Source of the DNA: Setoptus koraiensis
Lineage: Eukaryota > Animalia > Arthropoda
Length of the DNA: 64,000 nt
Direction: 5' to 3'
NCBI GenBank assembly: GCA_048013815.1
Contig: CM106586.1
Location: forward strand, 1,674,001-1,738,000
Of the stretch, positions 11,757 through 23,206 are shown one piece after another. Within the stretch, counting starts at the first letter, position 1; each line of letters begins with the position of its first letter. The notes below the pieces were generated by a model that was not told the origin of the DNA, did not search any database, and worked only from the letters and a program-made list of their open reading frames with translations. A program made the translations under genes and the position numbers.

Positions 11757-14700
11757 ACAGGAAAGAATATCAGCGAATTGAAACAAGCGAGCTGGCTATC
11801 TCATGTAAGTATTGTTGATAGCTCATGGTGAAAATACTGCTCATGTTAAAGTTGGCCACGAAGATATGCATACCTTGCGCATGGCGAAATGGTCTAGATT
11901 GGCGCTTATTCTTGTTTTTGGCAATGGTCTCAGTTTTGCGGTATTAGATTGATGGAAACATCGGTGAAAGGTTGTCAAGATTCGAAAAACATGAGAGATT
12001 CACAGAGCGCATTTTGTCGGGGATGAGCTGAACGGATAAGAAAAAAGTTTTCTTGATGCAGGCAACTAGTCAGCAAGTTTAGTGATAAGTCATCTAGTTT
12101 TTGGATCCAAACCAATTTCGAATCACTCTCGCTAACTTTTTTGGTATGTTTTTTTTTCTTCTTCCTCTGGTGTGAGTATCAGAAAGAAGGTTTCGAAGAT
12201 AACGGAATTAAAAGAATTATCTACTAGTAGTCAGCTCAAAGTTTCTACTAGACATGCAGTGGTCTACTATTTTATTTAAAATGTACACTCGGATCATACA
12301 AGCCAAGAAGTGAGCAATAAATACCGAATTGGATAACTACTTCATGGTGCCAAATGCGCTTGCTGTCATTACAGCTATTATCCAACATTAAGTTAGCAGC
12401 AACAACTTGTCACCTACAGAAATCGAGTATAATTATCTATTGTGGTAAAAGAATCGACCACAGTAGCCATAGTGGCAAGGAGTAACATGATAATAAAAAG
12501 GAGCAAACAAAAGAATCAATTATGTTCAACAAAGAATAGAAATAAAACAAAAAGGAAGTTTCTTCATCGAACTGGCTACTAGAACATGCAGTAGTACAAG
12601 TGAGCGCAATTAACAAACTAGCTCACTTTTTAGCTGAAAAGTTTATCTACCTGCATTATACAAATTGTGAGCCATTACTACTGTATTACATACGAGCTTT
12701 GTTGGGTATGCATTCGAAATGAGCAACGAGTCAAATGCAATCCAGAAAACTAAGAGTGTGTTTTTTCTAACCTCAAACCGATTCTCTTTCCGTATTCGAT
12801 TTCACATATCTAAGCTGTAGCAGGTGCAGACGAAGGCGATGAGTGAAAGTGAGTTGACTACACGGATGGATGATAACATGATTTTGTAAATGAGTGAGGT
12901 GGAAATATTATTGACCGAAAACAATACAAGATGTTGTGAGATGATAATCTTTGCTATTCACTGACATTCCCATTTTTATCACCATTCACCATAACAGACA
13001 CACTAGTGAAATGGTAGATTAATGAAGCCTAAACTCGCCCAACCACTCCCTATAAGCATGTGGCATCCCTCAACTTGATGGCCACATATGAATGCATCAC
13101 AATTATAATAATCTTGCACCGCTGAATACAAACCGTTACAAATATTACTGGCGCAGATCCATTACTCTCATCTCCAAGAAAAGTTGATGCATTTTCCAAC
13201 CTTGAATCATCTACAAATCTAGTTTGGGAGGCTTGGCACGTCATCTATCACAGTATGCCCAACACAGATACTATTGAGCCTGCAGAGGTGACTTGAGCTT
13301 TATAATCATGGCAGATACAGTGAATTTGCCAAAGGCGAACAAGGCCACCACTGGATGGATACCACAAAGTGTGTATGATATTAAACCACTAGGTAACTCC
13401 CATTATATACAGATACACAAGTGTATCTAGCAGGTGCTCTGTGGTTTGGTGCTGGGCAAATGTTATATCTCGATTTTGATACTGAAGAAAACTACATCGT
13501 ACTTAAATTTCTTCACTTCGCTTTAGCATTCGAGCGGCCATGAGGATGGCCCTGTGTGGCTATTTGAATCATTGGGACCCAATAAGATGAGTGCATCAAA
13601 TAAATCGAACCATACCAACTGATCTTTAGACTACTGGTAAACTGGATCCGCTGATATTCGAAAAGGGCGCCAGTAGACAAGGGCCCAAATTGTGAACATT
13701 ATTACGTAACGCGTAGTGTGTGTTAGCGCTTTTTGCGCTGCATGATATGTTCTGGTATTGCGGCAAATGGCCGCGATCACAATTATCTATTACATAACGC
13801 TCGTGTTTGTGTGTGCCTGCCACTGACATGCTGCAAGTGTGTTTATGATGTGCGTATGTCACCACTACATCAATTAATTATTATTATTATTATCATCATT
13901 ATTATTATGTTGCTTTAGATGCCGTTATTTATTTTGTTGTTAGTTGTTTTGCATCCATTGTTGGGCGTGACGGCACACATACATCAAATGAGATGACGGC
14001 GTCGACGGCAGCATCGGCACTTTAGTCTTGTTTCCATTGTTTCGATGGCTCTGATTTTTGTTCGACTTGTAAATAGGATTTGTTTTTTTCGAAATGTTGT
14101 TGTTCTTAGAATTGAAGAGAGTTTGTTCTTGCTCATGCCGTGTGCTGTTTTTGTGGCTGAATTCATCCAGTTGATCGGCGCCTCCAAGTTGATGTGGCTG
14201 TTCCGTGGAGCCAATAACAGCAGCACATAGCGACACATGATAAAGTATGGTGTCGATGGCACCACACCGACGATTGCTACAACCTATTAGGCAGACCAAA
14301 AGTGATTGTGTGAGAACCCAAAAGTGAGCATTCGCGACTGATTGTCGGACCTCTAATGCTCGAGAGACACGCAATTGCATTCCCGTCGCAATAATAATGA
14401 TTGTTTTAGGCGTCAATTATCGTCCAGCGTTCATACTTCAACTTGATTGTTGGCCAAATATGTAAAGCAGGCCGAACAGCAAACGACCTCCGTTGCTGTT
14501 TTGCCACTATTTGGCCACGACACGGTCCCCTCGTTGTCGTTGACTCAAGCAAACTTCCGGCCGCTACTTGTAACAACGAGCTTGCCGCTAGCATCAATAA
14601 CTGGCATAACCAGCTTAATGATGCTATCATTACCAGTCAAACCTTGACCACGTCTTTGCACCATCTTAACTAATGGCCGAATTGACCAGTTGAACAGGCT

Positions 14701-16197
14701 TCGAGCTTTGTGAGTTAGCAACAAGAGTGACACTGGACATGGATTCGAGCGTTGGTTGAGTCGCACAATGTTGCTGACTGTTGGCCAATAATTTACATTC
14801 GAGGTACCATTTATAATACCAATACTAATGGTCTTATTCATGCTAATTCTATCTACGAGCGCGTGCTATTTGGAGCTATGCGAAAATTCACTCTCTCTTA
14901 CTATCAATTGATTTCTGCCATATGCACGCACTTGCATTTATCTATATCGTGGTGCTTTGTTGTTGTTGTTGTTGTTGTTGCGGTTGTTGGCTACGATCGC
15001 GAACACATCATCATTTGTCATCATATGTTGCGCAATAGAATGGTATATTGTAAGCCGAGTTCAATTTAAATTCAAATGAGCCGCCAGTGGTGAGTATGCC
15101 AGTATTTTTGCGATCTTATGACGGCCCCACAGAAGCTGACAATGTCATGCATTTGCATAATTCTGCTGCCTCATTGGCTTTCCTTGTCTTCACTTGATCG
15201 CATTGGGTCGCAAAAGAATCGACAAGCTCATGAGAAGCGCACGATGCCGCTGACGGGTCGCCAGTCAAACTCAGAGTTGACTTTTGGCGGCGCTGATTTC
15301 TATCAATTCAATGAGATTTGCCAAAGATATATCAATAATTGACCAGACATAAACACGGCACCAGCCACACAAATGCATGGAACGTCGCTTATGAATGGGG
15401 ACCAGAGGATAATGAAAAATGGTAAAAATACGGCTTTGTTGGTGCTGTTGTTGCGGTCAGGCCATTGGGCAACATCGGATCATTAGTTGGCCAACGCTTG
15501 CTGGTCATCTAAATGATGCTGATGATGTCACAGGGATCGCGCGACACAAGCAAACCATTGTGACAGCCAAATCAGCGGGATACAATTCTCCCTATTCACA
15601 TCTTGGCTTTTGGTCTGCCGTTGTTACTAGTTGTGATACAAACTATAGCAATTCTAGTGATAATGTACGTACGCACAATGCAACAATTTCTGCTGCTACT
15701 TATTCTCATTATTTACCCCACTGACCAAATGGCCAAAATGCCAACTCTGGTGCAACCAATCAGGTGTAAATTGAGATGTGTGTCTGTGGTGTGTGGCCAG
15801 AGTTTAGTTTAGTTCCACCCCCTTAGATAATACCCAGTGTCTGACACACAACTGGAAACACTAATGGTGTTGGGCCCGCCTATACCTATTGGCTTCTTTG
15901 AAGCGATGCACCACAGCCATTTGAACGGTTCGCTTGATTTCAGGTTATCAAACTGACCAGTCGGGCAGGTTGTTGTCTCGCCAACGTTTCAATGTTGGTC
16001 CTGACAACGCTAGGCACAAGCTTCCATCAATTGACCGAACACAACCAATGACAACGAATCCGATCAATCAATTCTACGTCTTTCTGACCTGTCTCCCCTT
16101 GGCTTGATTTTACACCCAAACTCAATTGCCCGAGCTGCATGTTGTACGTGCTGAGCAAACCATCTGTGGCCCAGTGAAACGAGCCAAATATAACAAG

Positions 16198-17100
16198 ATG
16201 ATGAGTTCAATGTTTAGATTGAATCGATGCTCTCATTAATAATAATATTACACTACAACATTCTCGTGATAATATATGAATAATTCGTGCTCCACTCGAC
16301 GCCGACAACAACACTGGACAACGGTGCGTCAACAAAGGTTGTGCCCTGTGTGTTCATTTCGATGGTCATCCGACACCAACTACCGACACCAGTCAACGTT
16401 CGAGCAAGCGGAAGGTGATGTCAATGGTGTGTGGATCGACCTTTCACATGCTCGCGTCGCTATGAGCGATATAAGTTTAGAAATGTTGCTTCTTATTCTC
16501 CATCAGTGCCATAGCCGATGTCTATAAACAATAATAATCGAATAATAATTCAATCGCCAGCAAGAGATGATAATTGGAGCACTAACACCAGATGATGGCC
16601 GAAATAACAATGCCAGAGGTTGGGCCCTCGGGCGCAATCATGCCACAATGTTTACTTCTTTTTATCTTCTCCTCCTCTATTTTCTCTTCAATACTAATAA
16701 ACTTCGCTGTTGTTAGTGTTGTTGCAACAACTAACAACACCGCTAGAGCAAATTTGCTGTTTCTGCTCATACACTACAAATGGTGATGATGCCGATGATT
16801 ATTATCACTACATGTAAATAAGGCATCCATTGTCCATTTGTGCCGCTACATTGTGTGCGAAGCTGCAAAAGATGAGAAGAGAATCAAAGTTAAAAGTTAA
16901 AATTTTCATACGTGTGTAATGTGATCTACATCTTGCTTGTCAGTGTACGATCAGAGCCATTGCAGCCAACTTGTATAGGCTTAAATGGTTTGCATTCGCC
17001 AATTAATTGTTGTTGTTCTAGTTGAAGGAGCGCGAACGCGCGCTATTATAGTACCACAACTAACTGTATAAACTGTAAATCTTCCAAACCATCATCGGCT
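16198..17100 (+). repeat. Copy B of the ~0.9-kb dispersed direct repeat
   Basis: Same orientation as 1876-2765, offset about 14.3 kb, with the 119-bp identical core at 16742-16860. Confidence 0.95.
16582..16770 (-). CDS. Putative small secreted peptide precursor, 62 aa (unverified)
   Basis: ATG start, signal-peptide-like MSRNSKFALAVLLVVATTLTTA, acidic spacer, dibasic KR, then SKHCGMIAPEGPTSGIVISAIIWC. The homologous ORF in copy A (2451..2365) is cut to 28 aa by a 7-nt deletion. Confidence 0.25.
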   Translation of the reverse strand: MSRNSKFALAVLLVVATTLTTAKFISIEEKIEEEKIKRSKHCGMIAPEGPTSGIVISAIIWC

Positions 17101-18182
17101 TAATCGGTAGTAATTTGAGCAGCCAAAACAAAGAAACAAAACTTGGATCGTTAGAGCGGCCGACATGGAGACGGAGCAAGCATATGTTCAGAACGGGAGT
17201 GCTGGACAGAGAATCAAGAAAGGCAAGTTTGCTCAAAATGAACTGAAAATGAGTGATGACCATTACTGCAATGCCGACTAGCTATAATTTGGCCGATCCC
17301 TATCAAACAGGTGAAGAGAAGCCTATGACCGATTCCTGCTTGCTCGTAGTCTGTCTCTTCGAGGCACGTAGACTGGTCACCCTGGTCAGCGTCAGATTCA
17401 GGTTGGCCGTTTCTTGCATCTCACCGAATGACATTTCTATTCGCTTTCGGTGGATATTAAAATATCATGAATAATCAATTGTAAAAAATGAAGTTAGTTT
17501 GCATGGCCGTATCTGGCTAGTAGGTACGCACGACTAGCTATTGGTCGGCTGGTCGTGATGAAAAAGAGCGCATTTTCTAACTTGTTGTTGTCTAGTCAAG
17601 TTGTTTCTCCATTAGTGGCGCCATTTAAATACAATTTTGAGAGATCATCGTGGTTATTACCACTAATAGAGACGATCACAATGAAAATTTCTAAATTGGA
17701 ACAAGTGCCTGAATTATTCCTGATTTGTGCCATTTCTATAGGTGGTGTCTGTTGTTGAGCGGCTATATTATTTATTGCCTCACTGATTATAGTATAATTA
17801 GTTACCAGCTAAGTAAAAGGCCGTGATTTTTCAATATTTTCTTATTTAAATGGAATTGCTAGAAGCCGAAAGCTCGCTGACTTTACTCGCCGGGAGCGGT
17901 GTCTTCTCTTATCTTCTTCAAACTCACAATGTACACTTGTTATTGATGGTATTCTCATTTAATTGGAGTTAATTTAATGAAGTATCTCCAACATTGAGCT
18001 GGGAGTTACATGAAAAAAAAATATTTGTTACTGAACAATCAGATAATTTGAATTTATATGAGTTCGTAATAGTTTGAACGCAACCATTACGTAGGACGAT
18101 CCGAAGGTGTGTGATGTTGCTGCCTGGTTGTAAAATCACATCTTTACCAATTTGACAATAGTACTTAGCAGCCTATGGTTGA

Positions 18183-18210
18183 TACTCACGGTGCAAAAAG
18201 TATACACACC
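18183..18210 (+). mobile_element. Possible solo Tc1/mariner-like terminal inverted repeat remnant
   Basis: TA followed by CTCACGGTGCAAAAAGTATACACACC resembles the GCAAAAGTAT-N-CACACC ends of Tc1-like TIRs. No partner TIR or transposase found in the window. Confidence 0.3.
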
Positions 18211-18497
18211 TTGGAATTATCATTTCCATAAGAATATTCGACTTCAACCAACGCGGCGAAAATAAAGAATAATTGCTAATGAGAGGTTTTATTTTCAATA
18301 GTTACATGAATGAGATAAACAAACTGAGATCAATCATTCCAGTGGTAGATAAAAGAGGAAGATTGAATCTCAACGAAACTTTTTTTAGTAGCAGTCAAGA
18401 TGATGGCAAACATAAACAGAGAAAAGCGTCGAAACTTTTCTTTCAAATCTACTTTGTGAGTTACTTAAGTAAAGTTACTGAGGTTATTCAAATAAAA

Positions 18498-19104
18498 TCA
18501 ATTGATTGGTAAATGACAATATTGCGTCCACATATTAGTTTTCTTGAATACCTCCCTCGTCTCGGAGCAAATTTTACATAACCATATAGATTCATCAGAG
18601 TCTAAATTGTAGGTGTCTAAGCTACATTTGTTGCATACAGCCTGTGTGGTGGATATAATGTAAAATTAACAAAATTGTTTATGAGATAAAACTGAGTTAC
18701 CATTAGTTTGAGAACTTGAATTGATCTTATTAAACACAATGTGACTATTTTATAGCATCGCTAATACTTACATTATGGCAGTCATTGCACGTATGGAATC
18801 TAGAGAAGATCCTTGGCTGATCATTGCACAATATACAGTTTTTCTTCCCGTCTCCCCTGGCTTGCTTTTTGATACTTTCTAGCTTATCGTTTAGACTTTT
18901 GACTCTCATATCTTCGATCTGTTGAATTTGACTAGCTCGTTGCAATACTTTGGCTATTGCTTCTTGTTCGGCTTCACTTATGGTAGATGAACAAGTTGAA
19001 TTTGTTCGGAATGACCAACCTGAATCTAATTTTGCGCGTAGCGTTAGCTCCCTATCCGATGGACAGATCCACTTCTTAACGCTGGACTCGATAAAATTCA
19101 TCAT
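18498..19104 (-). CDS. Rph: Rabphilin-like Rab effector, Rab-binding/FYVE-type Zn domain only; join(19104..18772,18641..18498), about 158 aa
   Basis: KWICPSDRELTLRAKLDSGWS N-terminal motif, coiled segment AEQEAIAKVLQRA, and Zn ligands CILC / CNDC | AVCNKC / WLCKICSETRE. A 130-nt phase-0 intron (AAT|gtaagt...cacacag|GCT). The ORF-track start at 19197 is TTG; the first ATG is at 19104. Confidence 0.85.
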
Positions 19105-19762
19105 GTCGATGGAAAATCGCCTTGGAAGAGTTGATATTAAATATTCATGGTAAACTGTAGAGGAGAGTCCTGTTGTTGAATCAATCGTTTGGGACAATGG
19201 CCAGGTGAGATATGTTTACAGTTAGTCATCCAAAGGGAATGATCACGTTTTTGATATATTCATTTCATTTTCGCGCGGTAAAATTGAATTTTGGCTTGAT
19301 TTTGGATTTTCCGCGTAGTTTTCGAAACTTTTCGGATATCCATGAATAATTGATGGTCCTCTTTATCGATTAAATATCCTTTCAAGAGCCTTTATTGAGG
19401 ATTTTTTTTTTGAACCCTAAGAACTCGATTCAAGAGATTTGCAGTAGCGAGTGCAGGGTTGTGCAACCTTGTTAAACTCGAATTGTTCTGCGAAAAAAAG
19501 CGCGCATTTCGAAGAGTAGAAAAAAAATCCACAAGAGCTGCATAGAGCATAAATCCACGATCTAGTACGGGCCTGATTGTCCAAGGCAAATTAACAAGCA
19601 TATGACCTTGGCGTCTAACCACAGACTTGCTTATAGATGCTTTATAGTAACATTGGATAATATTATTATATTGTTATCATATGCACCAACATAATTATTC
19701 GTTGTAATTATATCATCAGCAACATCCAAATATCTTCTTATTTAGTTCAAACAGCTGTCTAG
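19105..19762. promoter_or_regulatory. Divergent (bidirectional) promoter region between the rabphilin-like gene and NDUFB6
   Basis: Head-to-head start codons about 660 bp apart. E2F-like TTTCGCGC (19269-19276) and TTTCCGCG (19308-19315), and a DRE-like TATCGATT near 19363. The motif roles are inferred. Confidence 0.5.
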
Positions 19763-20515
19763 ATGGACAAGGACTTGAAAGCAAATAAAGAGGAGGATCC
19801 GAGCCTCTCGCTCACGACCAATCCCATTAAATACGCCACTAATGTACCAGGCGTAACGACTACTGAGCCTCATGACAAAAAATACTTGGAATCCGTTCTG
19901 ACGCACGGCAAGCATTCGGAACTAGTGAAAAGAATTCTAAGAAAGCGTCTAGAGAGAAGAGCTGCTGAGTACCCTCGTTGGCCAGCAAGTGCCTTCGGTA
20001 ACGTACGAGTCATGTATCTAGAAGGTCCTTTCTCAGAAGATAGAGATCGTTTGGGTCCGAATTTCACAGAGGAGGAGCGATTATATCGGGTTAAATATTT
20101 AAAGTCACTAGAACTGCATCATGACGAACCTCTACACGTGCCAGAATACGAAACTGAGTTACTGAATCCATTAAGAAGATTTTACATGAAACCAATGGAT
20201 TGGGTCGAGAATAATATCATTAGGAAATTTTACAATAGTCATCCAGTTGAATCTGCCCTAGTAAGATCCCACATTTCGAAATCGTTAATGCTATGGCTGG
20301 GACTTTGCGGTTTCTGGTATTATTTGAAATACAGTCACAACACTTGGGAAACCTACTCTGGGGTGAAAATAGTAGTTGAAGCACCTCAAATTTATCCAGG
20401 AGACCCGAGGTTTCCTTTCAAGGATACGCGCACTTCGGCCGATCATAATGATTATGGATTCAGCAGAAGAAAAGTCTTTCTCGATTTAGATAAAATAGAA
20501 CTGACGCCTAATTGA
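19763..20515 (+). CDS. NDUFB6: NADH dehydrogenase (ubiquinone) 1 beta subcomplex subunit 6, intronless, N-terminally extended, 250 aa
   Basis: DRDRLGPNFTEEERLYRVKYLKSLELHHDEPLHVPEYETELLNPLRRFYMKPMD matches the B17/NDUFB6 pattern. One TM segment (LMLWLGLCGFWYYLKY), an IYPGDPRF motif, and AATAAA at 20593-20598. Confidence 0.88.
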   Translation: MDKDLKANKEEDPSLSLTTNPIKYATNVPGVTTTEPHDKKYLESVLTHGKHSELVKRILRKRLERRAAEYPRWPASAFGNVRVMYLEGPFSEDRDRLGPNFTEEERLYRVKYLKSLELHHDEPLHVPEYETELLNPLRRFYMKPMDWVENNIIRKFYNSHPVESALVRSHISKSLMLWLGLCGFWYYLKYSHNTWETYSGVKIVVEAPQIYPGDPRFPFKDTRTSADHNDYGFSRRKVFLDLDKIELTPN

Positions 20516-21055
20516 GATGTATAGATAAATGATATAGTGTTTGCATAGTTTCGGTAGACCGTGTATTGTTCAAGTTAATGATGACCCAATCAAATAAAAT
20601 AGATGCATCTTATTCAATCGTCTTTGTTTGAACAAAAATAGATTCACAGTCATGCAATTGATAATCTAATAATAAAATAATAATAAAAAAGAGAAAACAA
20701 CAACTCGACAACCTCAAGCGACACCTTCCGCCTAGAACCCTTTACTAAAAGTGTGCGTATTAAAAGCGCACGCAAAAGAGATTATTGCCATCCACTGTAA
20801 GCCTGCACCGTAAGTAAACAATTGATAAGATAGCCTGTTATATGATAACTGCAATACCAACAATTTTTGTTTCGTTTCTTCAATATCAAACAAAAGCAAT
20901 CAGCATTATCAACCAGTTAATTTATATCATAACTAGTAATAAACATCGGGCAAGCAGGGATGGATGGATGAGCAATAAAAAAATCCACAGACAATCATTA
21001 CATATCCGAGCTTTAAAATCAGCGATTGATTGTGTATTATTTGTATTATTAGCAT

Positions 21056-22063
21056 GTGTATGACTTAAGAGAGTTCATTTTAAATATGAATGTTAGAAAT
21101 CATTCAATTGAAATTGTATGTGAACCTCACCAAGTCAGCGAGGTGGTACAATCAGTCCTTCATTCAATCATATTTTATAGGTGCCATGGCAAATTCAATT
21201 ACAAGCATGAGGGAAGTTACTCTATTGGTACTCTAGGCTTTGAGGAGGTCAGTTGTGATTATTTAGACTTGACATATGTAAGATGCTCATCGACATCATT
21301 GATCAGAGTGGTTAACAACAAAATAAAAGAATTTGTTGATAAATTAAGGGAATACAGTCTGGTTGGACAGCCATTCCAGCAGCTCACTGGACATCACATA
21401 TCTGGATCGCCCCCAACTCCAGCTCCCACACCTGAGACTGCTAATTCTCCAAATGCGGGCCCTAAATCACCTAAATTACACCAAAATGTTAGCTCCAACT
21501 TTCAACGCCATCAACAAGAACAACAGCAGTTTAATTATAGCCCTGTTAATGCACAACAACAAACTATTAATGCCAATACCAACTCTTTCTATGGCACTAT
21601 TAATCTGGAATTCTATTCTAAGAGGCCGTCAAGATGGCCATTCAATGAATCAAATATTGTCTGGGAGGTTTGGTCATTACGAATAGTACCAACCACTCCT
21701 GGTGCTAGAGCTTCCACAAACTCAGGCCAAAAAGGAAAGTCGAGCGGTTCATCCATGGATGACAATCAATCGTCCGTTAGGACAGAAGACATCGTCGCAG
21801 AGAAACTATTGGAAATAGTGCAATTAGTCAACAGTGATAAATGTTATCTCCCACAGATGCCAAGTCAACAGCACGTCGATACTGTCTTTGATACAGGTCA
21901 TGGTGACTCGCAACCGTATCTCTTCAAGATAACCTACAGAATAGGCGAGAATGTTCAATATACTGGATCAACCGGGTATCGGGCTGGAAATGTGATTGTG
22001 GACAACTCAAATTCTTCAACCTCTAGTTTGAAGAAATTCTTTCGCGAGACTCTAGCGCTTTGA
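21056..22063 (+). CDS. ATG101: Autophagy-related protein 101 (HORMA domain), intronless; true start may be the later MNVRN ATG
   Basis: VLHSIIFYRCHGKFNYKHEGSYSIGTLGFEEVSCDYLDLTYVRC, INLEFYSKRPSRWPF (WF finger), VWEVWSL and DSQPYLFKI. Contains low-complexity insertions. AATAAA at 22092-22097. Confidence 0.93.
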   Translation: MYDLREFILNMNVRNHSIEIVCEPHQVSEVVQSVLHSIIFYRCHGKFNYKHEGSYSIGTLGFEEVSCDYLDLTYVRCSSTSLIRVVNNKIKEFVDKLREYSLVGQPFQQLTGHHISGSPPTPAPTPETANSPNAGPKSPKLHQNVSSNFQRHQQEQQQFNYSPVNAQQQTINANTNSFYGTINLEFYSKRPSRWPFNESNIVWEVWSLRIVPTTPGARASTNSGQKGKSSGSSMDDNQSSVRTEDIVAEKLLEIVQLVNSDKCYLPQMPSQQHVDTVFDTGHGDSQPYLFKITYRIGENVQYTGSTGYRAGNVIVDNSNSSTSSLKKFFRETLAL

Positions 22064-22285
22064 AAATTAAAATTTTAGAACTCACACCAATAATAAAAAG
22101 ATGACTTCTTTTCAGATTTTCACTATATAACGTCGGCCCCAAATTTGTCCTCGTCATTATCGGTGATAATTTATAACTCATTTATTGAGTAACTATGGAT
22201 ACGAATACTCATGGAAGTGCTGTAGGGATTCGCAAGAAGTCTAGTATTCAATTTATAATTTTTAATCTATCTATGCATAACGATG

Positions 22286-23206
22286 TCACGATGATGATTT
22301 CTTGGGAAATTCACACCATGGAGTTCTTCTTCTATCACATTCTAATTGGATGTTGGCTACCATGCATGGCAATCGGTCAATGTTCAATTGATGACGCTGA
22401 ATCAACTTAAATTTTATGTTGCTCAGTCCAGTTTCACGATCTCTCTTTCTAAGAATTGATCTTTGATCACCCACCTTAGACATGTCTCTTTTCCTTCTAT
22501 TTGTGTGTATATGATAGAAGGTATTTGTTTTGTCTGTCTTGAGATTCTCTGGTCTAGATATGGTAAGATGAGCGTCCTTGATCCTAGTAAAAAATTCGTC
22601 ATCTTCTAGACCCCAACCAAAGTAACGATTAGACATTCCATTGACGAGTTCAAAATGGAGATTCTTGATGATGAGAATACCGCCAAAGTAGTTGTCGTAG
22701 TTGTAAATTGGATGATATCGTGGAGAAGCGATATGGTGCGGGCCCGCCTGCGGGTAATCGTATGAGAGCATTGGGTTCAAAGGTAATAAATCTACATCAT
22801 GAATGGCTATATAGTCGCTATTGTTTTTGGTTAATAAGAATCCAACATTTATGAGCGCAGCTCTATTGAATCTGTATTGATCGACTTGATTTATCACCAA
22901 TATCTTGTAGGATATGTGTTGCGAATGGAGAAATTTACTCATATGTGGCACAAACTCTAGTAATTCGTCAAATCTGTCCCGGAATGGCACTAATATTGTG
23001 AGTCTTTTTTGTTTACTATACACGTCTGCGGAGAGGCCAGAGAGAATTTCGCCGGGGTCCACTTTAACATTTTGATGGGTTGTTTTGTTGTCCTGATTGT
23101 TGTCTGCAATGAAGAATGTGTAAACTATTGTTAAAACTGCTAGTGAGAACAGGGAAACCTTAATTAACCAACGAATATTACGCAATGGAAACATTTTATC
23201 TAGCAT
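22286..23206 (-). CDS. B4GALT7: Beta-1,4-galactosyltransferase 7 (xylosylprotein 4-beta-galactosyltransferase), intronless, 306 aa
   Basis: Type II N-terminal TM, then VPFRDRFDEL, RFNRAALINVGF, HDVDLLP (DxD), MSNRYFGWGLEDDEF and a C-terminal LECD..TPWC motif. Confidence 0.95.
   Translation of the reverse strand: MLDKMFPLRNIRWLIKVSLFSLAVLTIVYTFFIADNNQDNKTTHQNVKVDPGEILSGLSADVYSKQKRLTILVPFRDRFDELLEFVPHMSKFLHSQHISYKILVINQVDQYRFNRAALINVGFLLTKNNSDYIAIHDVDLLPLNPMLSYDYPQAGPHHIASPRYHPIYNYDNYFGGILIIKNLHFELVNGMSNRYFGWGLEDDEFFTRIKDAHLTISRPENLKTDKTNTFYHIHTNRRKRDMSKVGDQRSILRKRDRETGLSNIKFKLIQRHQLNIDRLPCMVANIQLECDRRRTPWCEFPKKSSS

Noticed and set aside
11760-13620. AT-rich, microsatellite-poor stretch after the GR gene, considered as a second GR pseudogene or viral relic
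   Set aside because: Only short broken frames with no motif I can recognise. A tBLASTx or HMM search would be needed.
19574-19612. TGATTGTCCAA matches the first 11 nt of miR-219, with a nearby CCAAGG/CCTTGG stem
   Set aside because: The 3' half diverges and the would-be star arm pairs poorly with the seed, so there is no credible pre-miRNA hairpin.
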